Source of the DNA: an uncultured Holophagales bacterium
GTDB taxonomy: Bacteria; Acidobacteriota; Thermoanaerobaculia; Multivoradales; UBA5704
Length of the DNA: 64,000 bases
Reading direction: 5' to 3'
Assembly: GCA_963842525.1 (NCBI GenBank)
Contig: CAWJGT010000012.1
Location: 1-64,000, forward strand
The notes beneath the pieces were generated by a model. It saw only the letters and a program-made list of their open reading frames with translations, did not search any database and was not told the origin of the DNA. Numbering within the stretch: position 1 is the first letter of the stretch; every line of letters starts with the position of its first letter. Positions 55,390 to 64,000 of this stretch are shown here, piece after piece. The position numbers and the translations under genes are program-made.

Positions 55390-55610
55390 GAACAGGGGGA
55401 AGCATGCCTGAGACGACCGAGCCCTCTGCCCCGCTCTCGACTACGACGGCGCGGGGAGCCGCATCCCGGGCATTCCCGTCTCCTTCGGAAAGTAGGGGGA
55501 TTCTATACGAGCCGTCTCTTGTCGCGCCTGGACGTCAACGGATATTTCAGTAGGCCCTCACGAAATCCAATTCTCGCGTGTGACACTCTTGGGTAGACCC
55601 GGAGGAGCCG

Positions 55611-57029
55611 ATGATCCTTCCTATCTCCCAAGAGCGAACGACCGTCCGCAAGCTTCCCTGGGTGTGCTTCGCGGTCATCGCTCTCTGCATCCTGGCCTAT
55701 TTCCTGACCCGGCCGGGGCTGTCGGCCGAGGCCGGCGCCGAGCAGGAGCTGAGTGCCGCGCTGGGCTACTACGTGGAGCGGCCCTATCTCCAGCTCGACG
55801 CGCGCCTGGCGCCGCCGGAGAGCCGGTCGATGCTGCGCGATCCCGAAGCCGCAGGGCGGAAGCCGGACGCCGCGACGATGCGCCAGCAGCAGGAGGAGCT
55901 GGACCGGCTCACCCGCGATTGGCTCGGCAAGGTCGAGAGGAACTCCATCTGGCGCTACGGGCTGGTCCCCGCGGAGATCCGGGTGATCAGCGTCCTCAGC
56001 CACATGTTTCTCCATGGCGGATGGCTCCACCTGTTCGGCAACCTCCTGTTCTTCTACGTGCTCGCGCCGTTCGTGGAGGACGCCTGGGGACGGAAGCGCT
56101 TCGCGCTCTTCTACATTGGAGCCGGGCTCTTCTCCGGCCTCGCGTTCGCGTTGCACTACCCGCACCTCTACCGGCCGCTGATCGGCGCCTCCGGAGCGGT
56201 GGCGGGGGTGATGGGTGCGTTCGTCGTGCTGTTCGGCCGCAGCCGTATCCGCTACTTCTACTTCCTCGGCCTGTTCTTCGGCACCTTCTACGCTCCGGCC
56301 TGGATCATGCTGCCGATGTGGTTTTTCGGCGAGCTCGCCTCGGCCACGATGGCGGACCGTCTCGCGCCCGGCGGCCTGCTGGGCGGAGTGGCCTACTGGG
56401 CACACGTCTGGGGCTTCCTCTTCGGGGCCGTGGTAGCGGCCGTGGCGCGCAAGATCGGTGGGGCGGGCGAGTGGGCGGGCGAGAAGGTCGATGCCGAGCT
56501 CGCGGCCGATCCGGCGGAGCTGACCATCCAGGAGGCCTGGCGGGCCGAGTCCGGCGGAGATTTCTCGGAAGCCTGGGGCCTTCTGGCCGAGGCGATGCGG
56601 CACGACCCCGGCAACCTGAAGCTCGCGGCGGCCTGGTGGGGGCTGGCCGTCCGCCAGGGCCGGGAGCGGGAGGTGGTGGCCGAGGGCGTCCGCCTGGTCC
56701 GCGTCGAGGTCCAGAGCGGCGAAGCCGAATCGGCGATCACCCACTGGCGCGAGCTGCGGCGCGCCGTCCCCGAGGTGAGGGATGCGGCCCTCACCACCCG
56801 CCTGAGCGAAGAGGCCTTGAAGAGGGGGTGGAAGGAGGACGGGCACGACCTCGTCCGGCAGGCCGTCGCCGACCTGAAACCCGAGACGCCGCTCGCGATC
56901 GCCATGAAGCTCGTGCGGATGTCCCCGGGCGTGGACCGGGCTCTGCACCAGGAAGCGGTCGAAAAGGCCCTGCAGAATCCCAACCTGACCCTCGACCTGC
57001 GCGAGCAGCTCGAGCGGCAGCGGATGTAG
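55611..57029 (+). CDS. Rhomboid-family intramembrane serine protease with a C-terminal helical extension
   Basis: MFLHGGWLHLFGN, GASGA, AHVWGF. Confidence 0.9.
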   Translation: MILPISQERTTVRKLPWVCFAVIALCILAYFLTRPGLSAEAGAEQELSAALGYYVERPYLQLDARLAPPESRSMLRDPEAAGRKPDAATMRQQQEELDRLTRDWLGKVERNSIWRYGLVPAEIRVISVLSHMFLHGGWLHLFGNLLFFYVLAPFVEDAWGRKRFALFYIGAGLFSGLAFALHYPHLYRPLIGASGAVAGVMGAFVVLFGRSRIRYFYFLGLFFGTFYAPAWIMLPMWFFGELASATMADRLAPGGLLGGVAYWAHVWGFLFGAVVAAVARKIGGAGEWAGEKVDAELAADPAELTIQEAWRAESGGDFSEAWGLLAEAMRHDPGNLKLAAAWWGLAVRQGREREVVAEGVRLVRVEVQSGEAESAITHWRELRRAVPEVRDAALTTRLSEEALKRGWKEDGHDLVRQAVADLKPETPLAIAMKLVRMSPGVDRALHQEAVEKALQNPNLTLDLREQLERQRM

Positions 57030-57084
57030 CCTCACCCCCTGTCCCCCTCTCCCATCGCCCCCCCTTCCACCGGGAGAGGGGGGA
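57030..57084. repeat. REP-like palindrome (CCTCACCCCC family)
   Basis: Immediately after the rhomboid stop codon. Confidence 0.7.
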
Positions 57085-57300
57085 CGTGGAGGATGCCGTC
57101 GTGCCGGAGCCGTAGCTCTTATTCCACAGGTATTTTGTTGAGAAACGGCTGCGCAGAACGATTGTACTCGAACGCCTGAAGCCTCCCGGCGCGTTGCGTC
57201 CCCGGAACCGGCGCGATAGCATGGCCCGGCCTGTTGCAGCCCGCCGGCGGCACCTTCCTAGGAAGAGCCCCCAGGAGAGGAAGACTGGAGGAGTGGACCC

Positions 57301-58450
57301 GTGGACTTTGCCCTGACCGAAGAGCAGCGCGCCATCCAGGAGACCGCGCGAGAGTTCGCCCGCCGCGAGATCGACCCGATCGTCGACGAGATCGACGAGT
57401 CTCAGAAGTTCCCGCGCGACGTGATGGCCAAGGCCGGCGAGCTCGGCTTCCTGGGCATCATCTTCCCCGAGGAATACGGCGGCGCCGGTCTGGGCTACAT
57501 CGAATATGTGATCGTCGTCACCGAGCTTCTCCGCGGTCGATCCGTCGGTGGGGATCAGCGTGGCCGCCCACAACTCCCTGGGCACGAACCACATCTTCAA
57601 GTTCGGCAATGAGGAGCAGCGCCAGCGCTGGGTGGTTCCCCTTGCCCGCGGCGAGAAGATCGCCGCCTGGAGCCTGACCGAGCCCGGCGCCGGCTCGGAC
57701 GCGGCCGGCACCCGCAGCCGCGCCGAGAAGGTCGACGGCGGCTGGATCCTGAACGGCTCGAAGACCTTTACCACCCACGGCAGCGTCGGCGACATCTGCG
57801 TGGTTTTCGCGGTCACCGACCCGAACGGGCCGCGCCACCACAACATCTCGGCCTTCGTCCTCGAAAAGGGGATGGAGGGGTTCCGCCCCGGCAAGAAGGA
57901 GAACAAGCTGGGGATCCGCGCCTCGGATACGGCCGAGGTGATCATGGAAGACTGCTTCGTCTCCGAGGACCGGCTGCTGGGCGACGTCGGCGAGGGCTTC
58001 ATCCAGGCGCTCCAGATCCTGGACGGCGGCCGCATCTCGATCGCCGCGCTCGGGCTCGGCACGGCGGTCGGCGCCTATGAAACGTCGCTCCGGTATTCGA
58101 AGGAGCGCGAGCAGTTCGGCCAGCCCATCGCCTCGTTCCAGGCCATCCAGTTCGCCCTTGCCGAGATGTCGACCCGCATCGCCGCGGCCGAGATCCTGAC
58201 CTACGCCGCGGCCGATGCCATGGACCGCGGCACCCGGGTGTCGCGCCTGGCCTCGGAGGCCAAGCTCTATGCCGGCGAGGCCGCCGTGTTCTGCTCCGAG
58301 CGGGGGGTCCAGATCCACGGCGGCTACGGCTTCATCAAGGACTACCGGGCCGAGAAGTATTACCGCGACGCCAAGATCTGCACCATCGGCGAAGGCACGA
58401 GCGAGATCCAGCGCCTGGTCATCGCCCGCCTGCTGTTCAAGGGGCAGTAA
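57301..58450 (+). CDS. Acyl-CoA dehydrogenase (frameshift near 57527)
   Basis: PEEYGGAG; then LTEPGAGSD, NGSK.F, REQFG.PI..FQ, QIHGGYG, IGEGTSEIQR. Confidence 0.9.
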
Positions 58451-59481
58451 TGACGCGAGGTAGCGTGGACGATCTCGTCCCACGGCTGCTGGAGCGGCAG
58501 CCGCGTGCGGTGGGGCGCGCCATCTCGCTGGTCGAGAACGGCGGCCCGGCGCAGCGCGAGCTCATCCGCCGCGTCTACGGGAAGACCGGCCGGGCGCGGG
58601 TGATCGGCATCACCGGCCCTCCCGGCGCCGGCAAGAGTACCCTGGTCGACCGCCTGGCCCGGCTCTGCCGCAAACGGGGAGAGACGGTCGGCATCCTGGC
58701 CGTCGACCCCACCAGCCCCTACTCGGGCGGCGCCCTGCTCGGCGACCGCATCCGCATGCAGACCCTCTATACCGACCCGGGCGTCTTCATCCGCTCGATG
58801 GCCACCCGCGGCGCCATGGGCGGGCTGGCCCGCGCCTCCAGCGACGCCGTGGACCTCCTCGACGCCGCCGGCTTCGACTGGGTCCTGGTCGAGACCGTGG
58901 GCGTCGGGCAGGACGAGGTGGACGTCGTGCGCACGGTCGACACGGTCGTGGTGGTGACCGTGCCGGGGATGGGCGACGACATCCAGGCGATCAAGGCCGG
59001 AATCCTGGAGATCGCCGACGTCTTCGTCATCAACAAGGCCGACCGTGACGGGGTGGACCGCACCGTGCGCGACCTGGAGATGATGCTCGGCCTCGGCGAG
59101 CATGGCGACTGGATCCCGCCGGTGCTCAAGACCGTGGCGAGCCGCGACGAGGGGATCGACCGGCTGCTCGCCGAGGTCGAGCGTCACCGCGAGCACCTGA
59201 TGACCACCGGCGGCCTGGAGAGCCGCCGGCTTTCGCACCTGCGGCTGCGGGTGGAGACCATCCTCAAGCAGCGGGTCGTGACCGCGGCCGACCGAGTCCT
59301 CGGTCTGGAGCGTGAGGTCGAGCGCGGCTTCGCGCAGCGGCTCGACCCCTACGAGGTGGCCGACCGGCTCTTCCTCGGCGTGGTGCGCGGCCAGGCGGTC
59401 GAGGAGGGTGACCTCGAATCTACGGCGGAGGCCCTGTCCGAGGACGGCGCCGCGGGAGCCTTGGAGGAGCGGGCGCCGTGA
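58450..59481 (+). CDS. meaB: Methylmalonyl-CoA mutase-associated GTPase
   Basis: GPPGAGKST, AVDPTSP.SGGALLGDR.RM, ETVGVGQ, NKAD. Confidence 0.93.
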   Translation: MTRGSVDDLVPRLLERQPRAVGRAISLVENGGPAQRELIRRVYGKTGRARVIGITGPPGAGKSTLVDRLARLCRKRGETVGILAVDPTSPYSGGALLGDRIRMQTLYTDPGVFIRSMATRGAMGGLARASSDAVDLLDAAGFDWVLVETVGVGQDEVDVVRTVDTVVVVTVPGMGDDIQAIKAGILEIADVFVINKADRDGVDRTVRDLEMMLGLGEHGDWIPPVLKTVASRDEGIDRLLAEVERHREHLMTTGGLESRRLSHLRLRVETILKQRVVTAADRVLGLEREVERGFAQRLDPYEVADRLFLGVVRGQAVEEGDLESTAEALSEDGAAGALEERAP

Positions 59482-59936
59482 TCGGCAGGATCGACCACAT
59501 CGGCATCGCGGTCCGCTCCATCGAGGAGGCCCGCAAGCTCTATGAGGCCCTAGGGCTCCACGTCGAGGAGATCGAGGAGGTCCCCGACGAGGGGGTCCGG
59601 GTCGCGATGATCCCCTGCGGGGAGACGCGCATCGAGCTGCTCGAGTCCATCGCGGACGACTCGCCCGTCGCGAAGTTCCTGGAGAAGCGCGGCCCCGGGA
59701 TTCACCACGTATGCCTGGCGAGCGACGACGTGCGGTCGGATGACGCGCGCCTGCGCGACGCCGGCTTCCAGGTCCTCCGCCCCGAGCCCACCCGGGGTGC
59801 CGGAGGCTGCTGGGTCCAGTTCGTCCATCCCAAGAGCACCGGGGGCGTGCTGCTCGAATTGGCGGAGGGAGCCCCTCACCCCCCAGCCCCCTCTCCCAAC
59901 CGCCCTCCCGCGCCTCCGGGAGAGGGGGAGCAGTAA
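59478..59936 (+). CDS. mce: Methylmalonyl-CoA epimerase
   Basis: IDHIGIAV, IELLE, GIHHVC, FVHPKSTGGVLLEL; C-terminal tail derived from a REP. Confidence 0.92.
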   Translation: MIGRIDHIGIAVRSIEEARKLYEALGLHVEEIEEVPDEGVRVAMIPCGETRIELLESIADDSPVAKFLEKRGPGIHHVCLASDDVRSDDARLRDAGFQVLRPEPTRGAGGCWVQFVHPKSTGGVLLELAEGAPHPPAPSPNRPPAPPGEGEQ

Positions 59937-59937
59937 A

Positions 59938-60280
59938 TTGATCAAGCCCGGCACCATCGTCATCGTCCATCTGATCAACCCGACGGAGAAAGTTCTGGGG
60001 AGTGCTCCAGGACCTCGCCGTGGCGGGGGTGATCCTGCGCGGGATCAACATCTCCAGCTTCGACGACTGGATGGCCCAGGCGGCCCGCCCGGGCGAGCAG
60101 ACGCTCGGCCTCACCACCATGTTCGTCCCCCTCTTCCGCGTGGAGCGCATCTTCCTCGACGAGTCGGTCGGCGAGGTCGAGAGCTACCAGCAGCGCTTCG
60201 CCAAGCGCGTCGGCATCTCGGTCGAGCAGTACCTTGGCCTCGGCGACGCCGGGGAAGACGCGGGCGAAGTGCCGTCGTAG
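59938..60280 (+). CDS. Conserved hypothetical protein (one extra A near 59990)
   Basis: VIVHLINPTEK joins FWGVL...G...RG...FVPLFRVERIFLDE after removing one A. Confidence 0.7.
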
Positions 60281-60313
60281 GCGCCGCACGCGGTGCCCGT
60301 CTCACGTACCCTC

Positions 60314-60343
60314 TTGACCGTAAACGAACGTTCGTGCTAGAAA
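60314..60343 (+). promoter_or_regulatory. Sigma70-like promoter with a palindromic operator in the spacer
   Basis: TTGACC (60314) ... TGC-TAGAAA (60335-60343); perfect palindrome ACGAACGTTCGT at 60324-60335. Confidence 0.55.
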
Positions 60344-60364
60344 TTTGGTCGAGGGGAGACGACG

Positions 60365-61231
60365 ATGCGGAACCCATGTCAGGTCTCGGCAGTGCGGCTC
60401 GGATTTGCGGTGTTGGGAAGTGTATGGCCCTGGCTGGCGGCGTGGCTGGCGCTGCGCCTGTTCTCGACGCCCCGGCGTCATCCGCGTCCCCCGCGGGAGG
60501 CCGAGACCCTGGCGAGCGGCACGCCCTTGCGGCTGAGCTCCGGGCTGGCGGCGACCGCCTGGGGTGAGGGCCCGACGGTGCTGCTGGTCCACGGCTGGGA
60601 GGGGCGCGGCTCGCAGCTCGGCGCCTTCGTGGCGCCGCTGGTGGCGGCCGGCCACCGGGTGATCGTTCTCGACGGTCCCGCCCACGGCGACTCTCCGGGT
60701 GAGCGGACCAACGCGGTGCTCTTCGCCAAGGCCTTGCTCGCGGTGGACCGCGAGGCCGGCCCGTTCGCAGCCATCGTGGCCCACTCGTTCGGCGCCGCCA
60801 CTTCGACCCTGGCGCTCACCCGCGGGCTGCGGGCCGCGCGCATGGTAGCCATCGCCTCGCCGTCCGCCCTGACCAAGGTCGTCCAGAGGTTCCATCAGAT
60901 GATCGGCTTGCCGGAGCGGGCCGCGCGGCAATTCCACGACCTGCTGAAGCGGCGCGCAGGCGTCTCCGTCGAAGAGCTCGACATCGCCCGCCTGAGCTCG
61001 CGGCTCACCATCCCCGCCCTGGTCTTCCACGATCCAGCCGACGCCGAGGTCCCCTTCACCGAAGGACGCGCCATCGCCGCCGCCTGGCCCGGCGCCCGCC
61101 TGCGCGTCGTCCAGGGCGCTGGCCATCGCCGCATCCTGAGGACGCCCGAGGTGATCGCGGAGACAGTGGATTTCGTGATGGGCGAGCGGGTGGTTGCCGA
61201 GGTCGAGGAGATGGTCGCAGCGGGTAGATAG
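60365..61231 (+). CDS. Alpha/beta hydrolase
   Basis: LLVHGWEG, D.PAHG.S, AHSFG, HDPAD.EVP, GHRRIL. Confidence 0.9.
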   Translation: MRNPCQVSAVRLGFAVLGSVWPWLAAWLALRLFSTPRRHPRPPREAETLASGTPLRLSSGLAATAWGEGPTVLLVHGWEGRGSQLGAFVAPLVAAGHRVIVLDGPAHGDSPGERTNAVLFAKALLAVDREAGPFAAIVAHSFGAATSTLALTRGLRAARMVAIASPSALTKVVQRFHQMIGLPERAARQFHDLLKRRAGVSVEELDIARLSSRLTIPALVFHDPADAEVPFTEGRAIAAAWPGARLRVVQGAGHRRILRTPEVIAETVDFVMGERVVAEVEEMVAAGR

Positions 61232-61398
61232 GTCCTCACCCCCTGGCCCCCTCTCCCATCTCCCTTCCGCCCCCCGCCGGGAGAGGGGGGACGCATCCGG
61301 AGCCGTTCCACGAGCTCGCCACACAGACTTCAGCGACGTTCCCCCTCTCCCGGGGATGGGTGGGTGGGAGATGGGAGAGGGGGCCAGGGGGTGAGGAC

Positions 61399-61410
<12 letters not shown>
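61220..61410. repeat. REP doublet with a perfect 45-bp inverted repeat between convergent genes
   Basis: 61220-61264 is the exact reverse complement of 61366-61410. Confidence 0.9.
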
Positions 61411-63585
<2,175 letters not shown>

Positions 63586-63640
63586 ACCCTCCGTATCTCT
63601 TTACCACAACTGTGTGACGAAGGCATGGCAGGGCGCCCGA

Positions 63641-63817
63641 TGAGCAGATTCCAGCGTCTGACGAATGTTCCGCATTGCGTGGCGATTGGACGAGATGGCG
63701 GCCTATTGGTCATGGTCCCGTATGATGAGGAGGGTGAGACGGTGACTCCCGTCACCGTGCATCTCGACGCGGCAGCAGATCACCCTTCGGCTGCGGACAG
63801 GGAGGTTCAGGGCATGA
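63641..63817 (+). pseudogene. Truncated, frameshifted toxin-like remnant paired with a DUF2283 gene
   Basis: VAIGR..LLVMVPY..EGETVTPVTVH, then a frameshift to STRQQITLRLRTGRF; ATGA overlap with the next gene. Confidence 0.5.
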
Positions 63818-64000
63818 AACCGAAGATGGCGTACTTCTCCCAAGAGGATGTTCTGCACCTCGTGATTTCTGAAGAAGACTAGGCGAGCAGCATCGAGCTG
63901 AGCCCCAACATCACGGCGGAGCTCAACGACAAAGGCGAGCTGATCGGGATCGAGATCCTCCAGGCCAGCACCTTCGTGAGGGACGCCATCCTGGAGGGGG
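63814..64000 (+). pseudogene. DUF2283-family protein with an internal TAG (63880-63882), running off the window
   Basis: AYFSQEDVLHLVI..*..SIELSPNITAELNDKGELIGIEILQAS. Confidence 0.7.

Noticed and set aside
63880-63882. Pyrrolysine recoding of the TAG in the DUF2283 gene
   Set aside because: A single GAG-to-TAG change beside a decayed partner gene is simpler, and there is no pyl context in the window.

Overview
High-GC bacterial chromosomal window; the gene content and repeat families suggest Acidobacteriota/Thermoanaerobaculia (inference). Many single-base indels in otherwise conserved genes suggest a long-read assembly. Core genes are phoBR, ppx, ppk1, pilT-pilC-pilS-pilR, an addB-addA-like pair, an ABC exporter, acyl-CoA dehydrogenase-meaB-mce, a rhomboid and a YfhO/GT-C glycosylation cluster. 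Accessory regions: (1) 1-7.7 kb, a lower-GC block (membrane protein, IspD-SDR fusion, PLD, CHAT protease) followed by an AbiE toxin-antitoxin pair and a 26 x 21-bp dyad-symmetric tandem array; (2) 16-21.6 kb, a Cys-rich secreted peptide, a complete group II intron inserted into a REP hairpin, attC-flanked cassettes and an IS1634 remnant; (3) 32.4-38.5 kb, a tightly coupled TIR-FHA / FHA / Ser-Thr kinase operon. The top candidates for new biology are a MEDS-domain sensor with an in-frame UGA at a position I recall as Cys in the family, followed by a SECIS-like hairpin (putative selenoprotein) and coupled to a hybrid histidine kinase, and the TIR-FHA-kinase operon.
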